DNA of 34,490 nt from an uncultured Caldisericota bacterium (GTDB lineage: Bacteria; Caldisericota; Caldisericia; Cryosericales; Cryosericaceae), in assembly GCA_964426505.1 (NCBI GenBank), contig CAYRQW010000001.1, forward strand, positions 1-34,490. The letters run 5' to 3'. The notes beneath the pieces are model-generated. The model was not told the origin of the DNA and ran no database searches. It was given only the letters and a program-made list of their open reading frames with translations. Positions 25,255-34,360 of this stretch are shown here, piece after piece; within the stretch, counting starts at the first letter, position 1; each line of letters opens with the position of its first letter. The position numbers and the translations under genes were made by a program.

Positions 25255-27768
25255 TTGAAAAACGAACAGGAACTCGTCTTCTTCGATCTCGAAACAACAG
25301 GTCTCGACCAGGCTTCCGATCAGATCATCGAGATCGGAGCCGTCAAGGTACGTGGGGGCAAGGAGGTTGGCCGGTTTGAACAGTTCTGCCGCCTGAAGGA
25401 AGGGGCACGTCTCCCTGAGTTCATCTCTGCCCTTACAGGGATAACCACTCTCGATCTCGAGCCGGCAGAATCGGTCGATCAAGTCGTGGACCAGTTCCTG
25501 CAGTTTGCAGGTGACAGTCCCCTGCTGGCACACAACTCCAGGTTTGACGAAGGCTTCTTGAGAAGAGCCCTCCACGGCCAGCTTGCGAACGCTGTCTTTG
25601 ATACGCTCGAACTCGCGCGAATCTTCTTCCCGGACCTGCAGAGCCATAGCCTCGTCGCATTGGTCGACTCTCTCGACATCAAGAAGGAAGAAGCTCATCG
25701 AGCACTGGGTGACAGTCTTTCGCTATTTCGCTTCTATCGAAAACTGAAAGACAAGATCTCTCAGTCTGCACTCCCTGATTCCATCGTACAGCGACTACAG
25801 TTTCTTTATCCTGTCGTGGCGGACCTGGGACTGCTGGACTCTGGTGATTCAAGGGTCTCGATTCAGCCAGCGAGCATGGCAGGCCTGGAGATCGTGCTGA
25901 CTGACCTCGACCGAAGCCGTCTTCCACACCTGAAGACCTTGAGACTCGGCGTCGTTGCCGCAGAAGCGCCGTCTCCAGAGAAGCCGTTGCTCGATTCGGG
26001 CCATGATGTCCTCCTGCAGTGTGACCCTCAGTCACTGAGGGCGAGGTATCTCGGGGACATCCAGGCATCGATACATCCGTGCGCGGTGCTGCTGCGCGCC
26101 CCGGCATCCATCGAACCACTTCTCGAAGATGCGCGTCAGGGAGATTCACGGCCTCTCTGGATCTCCCAGGAGAGCCCCAACAACCTCGTCTGCCTCATGC
26201 TGCTTGATGCAGCGACGCGCAGCCCTACGATGCGTCGTGAATTTGGCTTTGAGCTCTCAGCTCTCGTCGTCTATGAGTGGGAAACACGGTCAGTCTTCAT
26301 TCCTGGTATGCCGCTGTTCCTCAAGAAGTCTCGTCTGGTGAACCACATATCGGCAGCACACTGCCAGCTCGAGTCGAACTGCCCATTCCACGACGTGTGT
26401 CCCGTCCGCGAGTCACTGGCCCGTGCACGCGCTGCGCGCCTTCACGTCACGGATCTTGCCGAGGCACCACACGTATTTCGCGAACTGGGTGAGTCGATAC
26501 CTGTTCTGGTTTCGTCGCCCGAGACTGAGAAACTGATGAGTGACGCGCTCGACGTGCCTGAAGTACAGATTGCGTCAACAACACTCCGCATCATCGCCGG
26601 CATAGCGGGCGAGCAAGGCGAAGCCTCCGGTCTGGCAGCGGCTGCCGATGCTGCCGCACACGCCGGGACCCTTCTCGATCAGCTCTATCTGAAAGTGACC
26701 CACCAGGACAACGCCGGGGTCCGTGGACGCATTGCAGTCGGCGAAACGCTCTGGTCGGCCAGCGAGTTTGCGACGCTGAGGTCCACGGCAGATCTCCTGG
26801 TGAAGGCCTTCACAAACGCAGGAAATGCGCTGCCGGAGACGATGAGAATGGCGTACCTGACACAGTGCCGAGATCTCGCATCTGTCCTGGACAACGCCGA
26901 CAACCCTGCATGTGCCGTATGGATGGAACGTCAGGGACAGGAAGTCATGCTGGCGAGCACAAGAACGGTGCTAGCCTCACGCGTCCGGGCATGCAACGCT
27001 CATGCCCAGTTCTTCCTTGCTGGAACGAGCGTGTGTCCAGCGGGTGACCAGCAGTTCCTGCCCGAGACATTCGGCCTCACGGATCCTGTGCCTGTCACCG
27101 TCGTTGTCGACCATGAGCCAGACGCCCCTCGCGTCCCCACGTTTGTGACGCTGCACCTGCCAAAGCCGAATGAGTCTGGATTCGAGAAGGAAGGTGCCCG
27201 TCTCATTGCAGAAACGATGAGGCGCTTTCCCGGAAAAGCCATGGTCGCCTCGAACTCCCTGGAGACACTGCGCCGCATGCAGTCGTTTCTTGCGCGAGAG
27301 CCAGGGTTGTCCGAGTACAGCCTGTTGCTCCCAAAGAACGGGCACACTCGTACCCAACTAATGGAACAGTTCTCCGGCCAGAACAGAGCCATTCTGCTCA
27401 TCCCATTTGACTACCTGAGTTTCGGCGACATCGTGTCAGCGAAGTTTCTATTCATCACAAAGCTGCAATTCCCCAACTCGTTCCTTCCAACGGTAACGCG
27501 CCTGAAGCAGATACTCAAGGAGAGACGAGGCGATCCATTCCGACAGTTTGACCTTCCATATGCGCTCACCCTGCTGCAGTACACTCTGCACCAGATGGAT
27601 CTGCACACACTTCGAAGTGTCTTCATGCTGGACAATCGGAGCTTCAGCTCTACCTACGCGGATCGCATCCGGACTGTTCTCCCGACACCGTCGCTGTTTC
27701 TCCCTATGGAAAGTCAGGAAAGCCTGCTGCAGCATCTTGACCGATGGATGCGCAACCAGACTCTCTAG
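25255..27768 (+). CDS. DEDDh 3'-5' exonuclease fused to a degenerate DinG/YoaA helicase scaffold
   Basis: Exonuclease motifs DLETTG, IIEIGAV, AHNSRFD, DTLELAR and HRALGD. DinG remnants NNLVCL, C-x5-CP-x4-C, ITKLQFP, PF..FDLP.A and LDNR...Y. TTG start with AAAGGA SD. Confidence 0.8.
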   Translation: MKNEQELVFFDLETTGLDQASDQIIEIGAVKVRGGKEVGRFEQFCRLKEGARLPEFISALTGITTLDLEPAESVDQVVDQFLQFAGDSPLLAHNSRFDEGFLRRALHGQLANAVFDTLELARIFFPDLQSHSLVALVDSLDIKKEEAHRALGDSLSLFRFYRKLKDKISQSALPDSIVQRLQFLYPVVADLGLLDSGDSRVSIQPASMAGLEIVLTDLDRSRLPHLKTLRLGVVAAEAPSPEKPLLDSGHDVLLQCDPQSLRARYLGDIQASIHPCAVLLRAPASIEPLLEDARQGDSRPLWISQESPNNLVCLMLLDAATRSPTMRREFGFELSALVVYEWETRSVFIPGMPLFLKKSRLVNHISAAHCQLESNCPFHDVCPVRESLARARAARLHVTDLAEAPHVFRELGESIPVLVSSPETEKLMSDALDVPEVQIASTTLRIIAGIAGEQGEASGLAAAADAAAHAGTLLDQLYLKVTHQDNAGVRGRIAVGETLWSASEFATLRSTADLLVKAFTNAGNALPETMRMAYLTQCRDLASVLDNADNPACAVWMERQGQEVMLASTRTVLASRVRACNAHAQFFLAGTSVCPAGDQQFLPETFGLTDPVPVTVVVDHEPDAPRVPTFVTLHLPKPNESGFEKEGARLIAETMRRFPGKAMVASNSLETLRRMQSFLAREPGLSEYSLLLPKNGHTRTQLMEQFSGQNRAILLIPFDYLSFGDIVSAKFLFITKLQFPNSFLPTVTRLKQILKERRGDPFRQFDLPYALTLLQYTLHQMDLHTLRSVFMLDNRSFSSTYADRIRTVLPTPSLFLPMESQESLLQHLDRWMRNQTL

Positions 27769-27839
27769 ATCTCTCGCCAGGCATCGTGGGCGAACGATAC
27801 GTCGACGCCTCACAATCCTGGCATTGAAGGAGACATGAG

Positions 27840-29171
27840 ATGTGTGATACGATTGCGGCTCTTGCACCACCTTCTACAGGCTGTCACAGCCTTCTGGCCA
27901 AGAACAGCGACCGTGAGCCAAACGAGGCCCAGCTCCTGACAGTTGTGGCACACAGGACCCACCGCGAGCCCAGGCTCAAGGTGACCTACATCGAGGTCGA
28001 CCAGGTTCGCGAAACGAACGCTGTCCTGCTCTGCAGGCCGTTCTGGATGTGGGGCGCCGAGATGGGCGTCAACGAACACGGTGTCGCCATAGGCAACGAA
28101 GCAGTCTTCACTCGTGGGGGATACGGTGCTGCGGGACTGACCGGCATGGACTTGTTGAGGCTAGCCCTGGAACGCTGCAACAGTGCTCGCTCAGCAGTAG
28201 ACGAGATCATTGTCCTGCTGGAACAGCATGGCCAGGGCGGCAACTGTGGCTTCACCAGGAGGTTCTTCTACAACAACAGCTTTCTGGTTGCAGACAGAAG
28301 CGAGGCCTGGGTCCTGGAGACGGTCGGAAAGCAATGGGCTCGGAAAAAGGTTCACAGAACCGGGGCGATCTCCAACCTCCTGACCATAGGTTCCGACTGG
28401 GATGAGCTATCGCCGGGAGCCGAGGCTTTTGCCGAGATGAAGCGCCTGCGACGTGGTGACGGCAGGATGGATTTCGCCGCCTCGTTCTCTGATCCTCTGT
28501 ACACCAGGTTCTCGAGAGCGCGCACGCGCCGTGCCGGCAGTCTGAAATGTCTCGGTTCGAGCGTTCCGGCCACCACAGCGATAATGAAAGCAGCATTGCG
28601 CCATCATGACGATCCCGACTACGCTCTCTCGAAAGGAAGTGTCGCTTCGGTGTGCATGCACTTTGGCGGCCTCGTGGGCGATCAGACAGTCGGCAGTATG
28701 GTGGCAGACCTTGACAAGTCAGGACCAATCACATGGGTCACGGGATCATCGGCACCGTGCATCGGTCTTTTCAAGCCTATCGTACTGGATGCTCTGGGCG
28801 CCGGGCTGTTCGGTGAGGATCAGCAAGAGCAGGCACTCAGCTACTGGCTCCAGAACGAGCAGATATCGCGGAACCTGCAAAACAACTACATTGAGAAGCA
28901 TGAAGCCATCGAGAGGTTGCGGGGTCCACTCGAGCAGCGTTTCGAGGAGACTATGGCCAGCGCAGCACCGGAGCATCGGAAACAGGCAGCACTGGAGTGC
29001 TTCGAGCTGGAGAAAGAGTACCGCCTTGCTGTCTGGAAAGCGATTGAGCCACTTGACCATCCGACGAGGCACTCCCCCTTGTTCTCGCTGCAATGGCGAC
29101 GCGAGAACAAGGAACTCGTGCGTCGGTGGCCAGACTACTCGCAGCCTTCGGCAAACGCCTCGACCGTGTAG
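27840..29171 (+). CDS. Peptidase C69 / secernin family Ntn-hydrolase (dipeptidase-like)
   Basis: N-terminal M-C-D-T nucleophile, AKNSDREPNEAQ, WMWGAEMGVNEHGVAIGNEA, GMDLLRLALER, SVCMH; AAGGAG SD. Confidence 0.9.
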   Translation: MCDTIAALAPPSTGCHSLLAKNSDREPNEAQLLTVVAHRTHREPRLKVTYIEVDQVRETNAVLLCRPFWMWGAEMGVNEHGVAIGNEAVFTRGGYGAAGLTGMDLLRLALERCNSARSAVDEIIVLLEQHGQGGNCGFTRRFFYNNSFLVADRSEAWVLETVGKQWARKKVHRTGAISNLLTIGSDWDELSPGAEAFAEMKRLRRGDGRMDFAASFSDPLYTRFSRARTRRAGSLKCLGSSVPATTAIMKAALRHHDDPDYALSKGSVASVCMHFGGLVGDQTVGSMVADLDKSGPITWVTGSSAPCIGLFKPIVLDALGAGLFGEDQQEQALSYWLQNEQISRNLQNNYIEKHEAIERLRGPLEQRFEETMASAAPEHRKQAALECFELEKEYRLAVWKAIEPLDHPTRHSPLFSLQWRRENKELVRRWPDYSQPSANASTV

Positions 29172-29710
29172 GTGAAGATACTCAGACCGGGCTGATGAAG
29201 GCTCTCAGGGCGGAGTCCTGCTTTGTGACACAGAGCCTCGAGGAAACCATTGACGTCGGGCAGCTGCTCCCATACCTGTGGAAGGAACGTGGCCTGACAG
29301 GCACCTCGCCGAAGAATGACGCCGGGATGCGTCGTGGCCAGCTTCGACTGAACGTCAGCCAGCGAGGAGAATGCGAGCTCGGCCGGAACGGACAGCAGCG
29401 AGATCTCAATGCACAGGTCCGCAAACTCCGCTTCCTCGATCGGTTCAAACCGCGGATCACCGAAAGCCGCCGACAGCGCGTTTGACGCAACCGCCTGCAC
29501 TAGAGGCGATACCGGCATGATCGTTCCGATGCAGCCTCTGAGTTCGCCATGTTCGGTCAGCGTTACAAATACCCCCTGGTTCTGCCAGAACTTGCTTTCG
29601 GGGTACTGCTCGTGCGTCGGCGTCAGTTCATGCGCGTCCAGCAGCCTCATGCGAATCGATTCGCGCGCCAGTACGAGCAACTGCGAGCGTTCACGTTCAT
29701 TCATGCCCAT
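29135..29710 (-). CDS. amrA: AmmeMemoRadiSam system protein A (AMMECR1 domain)
   Basis: GVFVTL, LRGCIG, DPRF, ATFLPQVW and LC.KAG; GGGAGGG SD 5 nt before ATG 29710. Confidence 0.93.
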   Translation of the reverse strand: MGMNERERSQLLVLARESIRMRLLDAHELTPTHEQYPESKFWQNQGVFVTLTEHGELRGCIGTIMPVSPLVQAVASNALSAAFGDPRFEPIEEAEFADLCIEISLLSVPAELAFSSLADVQSKLATTHPGVILRRGACQATFLPQVWEQLPDVNGFLEALCHKAGLRPESLHQPGLSIFTYTVEAFAEGCE

Positions 29711-30506
29711 TTCGACCCTCCCAGAAGACAATTGATGCATATCCGACGACAGCGGTCTTGTCTCCTGCTGTGTCGCCGGAATTCCGATAGTCGACAAGCC
29801 GCGATTTCCAGCCGCGTACGTGTGCCATGGCCAGTACTGTCCTGATCGGCATGAATCCGCATGCGTCGTCACCCTCCAGCTTGCCGCCTTCTCCTTTCAG
29901 AATGCGCTCGATTGTGATGTGATCGTGCTCCACAGCCGCGTCATAAGGCTCGTAGTGGCTGAGGTCGCTGGAAGCTACCACCACCATGCGGCCGATGTTC
30001 AGTGCCAGGAGCTCTCGGGCCAGCACCGCCGGGTCCACGTCTCCCAGCACCAGCGGAATGATGCGGAAATCCTTCAGAGACACCTGCAGGAATGGCAACT
30101 GCACTTCGACCGAGTGCTCCAGGGCGTGGGCCTGGCTGGATGTAAACACTGACGAACCCTCCGTCAGGATCTTCGCGGTATCCGACACGCTGACGTCTCC
30201 CAAGGGTGTTCGAAACACGTCTGCCTCCGGGAGCGCAGCACCTTTGAACCACACGTGGTGACTCGGGGCAAGGATGACTACAGTCATGCACTCGTCTGGG
30301 TCCAGGCCCGTGAGACAGGCGTAACCCGCCCCCGCCACCGGGCCCGAGTACATGTATCCCGCATGAGGAACGATCAGCCCCCTGCTCACCTCAGCCGACC
30401 TGATGGTCGCCGAACGCGAGTCTTCGATGTATCCCTCGATGTCTTCACGTAGTTCGCGAGCCTGCGCCGGATAGAACTGTCCGGCAACAACGGCATTCCG
30501 TATCAT
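29697..30506 (-). CDS. amrB: AmmeMemoRadiSam system protein B (Memo-like)
   Basis: AGQFYP, PHAGYMYSG, PSH, TPLG, EHSVEVQLPFL, SSDLSHY, ACG and VVGY; ATGA overlap with amrS. Confidence 0.95.
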   Translation of the reverse strand: MIRNAVVAGQFYPAQARELREDIEGYIEDSRSATIRSAEVSRGLIVPHAGYMYSGPVAGAGYACLTGLDPDECMTVVILAPSHHVWFKGAALPEADVFRTPLGDVSVSDTAKILTEGSSVFTSSQAHALEHSVEVQLPFLQVSLKDFRIIPLVLGDVDPAVLARELLALNIGRMVVVASSDLSHYEPYDAAVEHDHITIERILKGEGGKLEGDDACGFMPIRTVLAMAHVRGWKSRLVDYRNSGDTAGDKTAVVGYASIVFWEGRNGHE

Positions 30507-31513
30507 CGATCCACTCCCTTGATGCGCGTCCCGCACGCCGGACAGGTCAGGCCCGTCCTGGCTTCCACCCTGTAACCATGCCGTTCCACGACTGTCGCCC
30601 TGCATTTCGGGCACATCGTGTCACTGGCTTCATCATGGTCCGGCAAGTTCCCGGAATAGACATGGAGCAGTCCTTCCTCACGTCCGATTCGCACAGCCAT
30701 CTCGATGGAAGCAGCTGGTGTGATTGGCGTATCCTGCATGCGATACATCGGGAAGAAGCGCGAGACATGCCACGGCACCGCGGGGTCGATCGATGCGACG
30801 AAGTGCGCCATGGCCCTCAGTTCGTGCTCAGAGTCATTGAGTCCGGGAATAATCAGCGATGTGATCTCCTCCCAGGTTCCTGTGTCATGAATCGCTCGTA
30901 TGGCATCGAGGACGGGCTGAAGACGTCCACCGCACACGCGTCGATAGAAATCATCGGAAAACGACTTCAGGTCGATGTTGTAGGCATCGATAAGTGGCAA
31001 CGCTTCATCCAGAAGCGCACGGGAGTAGAAGCCATTGGACACGAACACCGTATGCAAGCCAGCCTTTCTTGCCGGCACCGCGATGTCAAGGGCATACTCC
31101 GCCCACACCGCAGGCTCATTGTATGTGCAGGCGATCGATGACGCTCCCTGCTGCAGTGCCAACTGCACGACGGCTTCCGGATCCAGAACCGACAGTCGGG
31201 GTAGTTCGTCACGGATGTCTCGCGTCTGCGAGAGCTCGTAGTTCTGGCAGAAGGCGCAGGTGAAATTGCACCCGAACGTACCCAGTGAGAGAGAGGTCGA
31301 GCCTGGAAGAAAGTGGTACAGGGGCTTCTTCTCGATGGGATCGAGGGCGACTGCTGCCGGGAGACCATAGACCAGTGACTGCAGTTCTCCTTCAACGTTG
31401 CGACGCACACCGCACCGCCCCGTCCTCCCTTCGACAATGACACAGGCATGAGCACAGGCAAGACAAGTGACAGTGCCGTCCTCATCGAAGTGGCTGAGCT
31501 TCGCCTGCATCAT
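30503..31513 (-). CDS. amrS: AmmeMemoRadiSam system radical SAM enzyme
   Basis: N-terminal CxxC..C, DPIEKKPLYHF.PG, CNFTCAFCQN radical-SAM motif, TYNEP, NIDLK and C-terminal CPxC..CPxC; ATGA overlap with cinA. Confidence 0.95.
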   Translation of the reverse strand: MMQAKLSHFDEDGTVTCLACAHACVIVEGRTGRCGVRRNVEGELQSLVYGLPAAVALDPIEKKPLYHFLPGSTSLSLGTFGCNFTCAFCQNYELSQTRDIRDELPRLSVLDPEAVVQLALQQGASSIACTYNEPAVWAEYALDIAVPARKAGLHTVFVSNGFYSRALLDEALPLIDAYNIDLKSFSDDFYRRVCGGRLQPVLDAIRAIHDTGTWEEITSLIIPGLNDSEHELRAMAHFVASIDPAVPWHVSRFFPMYRMQDTPITPAASIEMAVRIGREEGLLHVYSGNLPDHDEASDTMCPKCRATVVERHGYRVEARTGLTCPACGTRIKGVDR

Positions 31514-32034
31514 GTTGTCTGCTTCACCCGGGACACTGCCTTCTCCACGAGCCGGATGGCCAGTCTCAGGGCAGCACCCGTCGAGAGGGCGCGGATGTGG
31601 CTCCGGTCGCCGTCCAGACACAGCCGCTCCACCACACAGCCCCCCGGCGCAGCACACGCCACAAACACCGTCCCAACTGGCGTGCCTCTATCGTCTGATG
31701 TGGGTCCGGCAATTCCTGTCGTCGCGAGCCCGACCTGCACGTTCAACCTCTCTCTGCAGCATTCAGCCATGGCTTCCGCCACCTCGGCGCTTACGGCGCC
31801 ATACTTCTCCAGCAGTGCTGCCGATACGCCCAGCAACAGCGTCTTCTCCCGATCCGAGTAGCCGATCACACCGCCCGAGTATGACATCGATGCTCCCGGC
31901 ACAGCCGTGATGCTTTCTGCGACCATCCCGCCGGTGAGCGACTCGGCCGTTCCCATGAACCAGCCCCGCCGAGCGAGAAGGTTCAGGAGGCTCCCGGCAA
32001 GTGTCAGAAGATCCTCGGCCACGTATTCGCTCAT
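31510..32034 (-). CDS. CinA C-terminal / PncC-like NMN deamidase
   Basis: AESLTGG (catalytic Ser), PGAS, YS...K (catalytic Lys), GAVS, TTGIAGP and PVGTV. Confidence 0.9.
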   Translation of the reverse strand: MSEYVAEDLLTLAGSLLNLLARRGWFMGTAESLTGGMVAESITAVPGASMSYSGGVIGYSDREKTLLLGVSAALLEKYGAVSAEVAEAMAECCRERLNVQVGLATTGIAGPTSDDRGTPVGTVFVACAAPGGCVVERLCLDGDRSHIRALSTGAALRLAIRLVEKAVSRVKQTT

Positions 32035-33323
32035 CGACCCGCCAGGCGACGCGCCCTCCGTGCAACCTCAAATCGAACCCTGTCGATATCGATGCCCATC
32101 AGCTGCCTGCGCTCCATGACCCACGAACCGGCAACCATGACAGAGTCCACAGCCCGACTGTTTGCCGACCAGATGAGATGCGAGACCACATTGTTCTTTG
32201 GAGAGAATGACTCATCATCAAGATCCCACAAGACCAGGTCGGCAGCTGCACCCTCGCTCAGCACTCCAACTCCATCGAAACCAAGCGCTTTGGCTCCATT
32301 GCCCGTTGCCATAGCAAGGAGGCTGGCATTGCCGATACCGGAAGCATCCATGGTCGAACCTTTCATGACCAGACCCAGCACCCGCAGTTCCTCCAGCATG
32401 TCGACGTTGTCGTTGCTGGCTGCGCCGTCCGTTCCCACGCAGAGGTTCACTCCGCTGCCCAGCAGGAGTCCGTAATCAGGAATACCAGACCCTAGCTTGA
32501 GGTTGCTCTGAATATTCAGAGCGATGCTGGCTCCTGCGTCACGCAGGATCTCGACATCACGGTCCGTTACGTATACGCAATGGGCGGCGAGCAGTCTCGG
32601 CGGACTCTCGAAGCATCCCTGGTCAGCGTAGTACGAGATTGGCGACGCTCCGTGCGCTGTGGTGAAGTCTTCGACTTCTTTGCGGGTCTCATGAAGGTGA
32701 AATTGCACGATCACGCCGAGATCGCGAGCTCGCTCAAAGTTCTCCCGAATGAAGGCTGGCGTCGTAGTATATGGCGCATGCGGCCCGAAACTGGTCTTGA
32801 TCCTTCCGTCAGCCTTGTTGTTCCAGCGCACAACGAACTCTTCGGCTTTCTCCAGCTTGCCCCGCTCGTTTTCCAGAGAGGCGGTGCCGGTGGAAAGATT
32901 GGCACGCACGCCTGCCTCGCCTACAGCCCGGGCCACATCGTCCTCGAAGAAGTACATCTCGGCGAACGTCGTTGTTCCGGACATAACACCTTCAGCCAGC
33001 GCAAGCAAGGTGCCATAGTAGATGTCGTCACCATTCATGAGTGCTTCGCGCGGAAACATGTATTTCTGCAGCCACACGTCGAGAGGAACTTCATCGGCGA
33101 GCCCTCGCAGGAGCGTCATGGCCAGGTGACCATGGGCATTGACAAACCCAGGAGTCACCAGGTATTTCGACGCATCAATGACGCTGGCGCCCACGGGCGG
33201 ATCTACATGGGCGGCGATACGCCCGAGCTTCGTTCCGTCAATGAGGATATCCACGACCCGCGTCGCGTCATCGCTTCCCAGCCCAACATCAAGTATCCTC
33301 GCAGCCTTGAGCATTCGTACCAT
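32031..33323 (-). CDS. mtaD: MTA/SAH (5'-deoxyadenosine) deaminase-like amidohydrolase
   Basis: PGFVNAHGH, LRG.ADE..L..WL, EMYF, GPHAPYT, HLHET, AHCV, SNLKL.SG and GTDGAASN. AAAGGGAG SD before ATG 33323. Confidence 0.85.
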   Translation of the reverse strand: MVRMLKAARILDVGLGSDDATRVVDILIDGTKLGRIAAHVDPPVGASVIDASKYLVTPGFVNAHGHLAMTLLRGLADEVPLDVWLQKYMFPREALMNGDDIYYGTLLALAEGVMSGTTTFAEMYFFEDDVARAVGEAGVRANLSTGTASLENERGKLEKAEEFVVRWNNKADGRIKTSFGPHAPYTTTPAFIRENFERARDLGVIVQFHLHETRKEVEDFTTAHGASPISYYADQGCFESPPRLLAAHCVYVTDRDVEILRDAGASIALNIQSNLKLGSGIPDYGLLLGSGVNLCVGTDGAASNDNVDMLEELRVLGLVMKGSTMDASGIGNASLLAMATGNGAKALGFDGVGVLSEGAAADLVLWDLDDESFSPKNNVVSHLIWSANSRAVDSVMVAGSWVMERRQLMGIDIDRVRFEVARRARRLAGR

Positions 33324-33376
33324 TGTGCACGCTCCCTTTTCTATATCATAGCGAATCTCGCACAAATCTCGCTAGC

Positions 33377-33403
33377 AAAAAGCCCGCCTCTGTGGGGCGG
33401 GCT
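33377..33403 (-). terminator. Intrinsic terminator after speE
   Basis: The minus strand reads AGCCCGCC-CCACAGA-GGCGGGC-TTTTT. Confidence 0.8.
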
Positions 33404-33433
33404 GAAGAGAACACCGTACGAGAACCAGAAGAC

Positions 33434-34360
33434 CTAGATGCCCTTTGGAATGATGCCGAATGGCTTGCCGTCTTCAAGAGGTTCACCTGGCGGAGCAAGC
33501 ATGCTCCGTATGTCCTTGGGCATGCGAAAGATGCGCTCATGCGTGATCCCATCGTAGAATCTCAGCAGGCTTGTGTCGTCAACGCGGTCTGCCAGGATCC
33601 TGTCCACCACCGCAGCATCCATGGCCAATGGATCGTTCTTTTTCGAAGCCAGAATGTACGACCAGGGAACATCGTACGCACCAACATACGAATACAGCGA
33701 ACGAGCGATCGGAAACACAGACCGGATGGTGTCGAGAATCCTCTTGTGGACCGCCACATTCGTCGGCTTGAGATACGACGAAGTAACACACAGGGTACCA
33801 CCCTCGTCCAGAACGCGGAACGCATGCTGATAGAACTCTCTGGTGAACAGAACGATAGACGGCCCACCCTCGAAGAGATCGGTCAGGTCTTCAATGATCA
33901 CACTGTAGGAGTGGTCAGGCTGACGCTCGATGAAAGCACGAGCATCCTCGAAGTGCATGCTGACCCTCGGGTCATGAAACGCACCCTGATGATATTCCGG
34001 CAGGTACTGCTCGTACAACTGATTTGCCTCTTCGTCAATGTCGCACATATCGATGTGCTCGACCGACTTGAAGCGCAGAAGCTCACGCAGAGACGCACCT
34101 TCGCCGCCTCCGACCACAAGCACCCTGCGCGGGTCCGGATGACAGACCATCGCCGGTTCGTTCAGGCACTCATGATAGATGTACTCGTCCTTGACAGAAC
34201 TCTGGCAGTCACCATCGAGGATCAGCATCTTGCCGTAGTGCTCAGACTCGACTATTTCTACCGTTTGAAACCTGGTCTTCCTGGTGGCGATGACACCGGT
34301 CAGCGCGTGAAGGTGAACCTCGCCAGGCTCAAATGTATCATGATACCACTGCCATGCCAT
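33434..34360 (-). CDS. speE: Polyamine aminopropyltransferase (Thermus SpeE-like)
   Basis: T.FQ, GK.LILDG..QS, DEYIYHE, VLVVGGGEG, DID, PEYHQGAF.DPR, DAR and DLTD; GGAGGT SD. Confidence 0.93.
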   Translation of the reverse strand: MAWQWYHDTFEPGEVHLHALTGVIATRKTRFQTVEIVESEHYGKMLILDGDCQSSVKDEYIYHECLNEPAMVCHPDPRRVLVVGGGEGASLRELLRFKSVEHIDMCDIDEEANQLYEQYLPEYHQGAFHDPRVSMHFEDARAFIERQPDHSYSVIIEDLTDLFEGGPSIVLFTREFYQHAFRVLDEGGTLCVTSSYLKPTNVAVHKRILDTIRSVFPIARSLYSYVGAYDVPWSYILASKKNDPLAMDAAVVDRILADRVDDTSLLRFYDGITHERIFRMPKDIRSMLAPPGEPLEDGKPFGIIPKGI

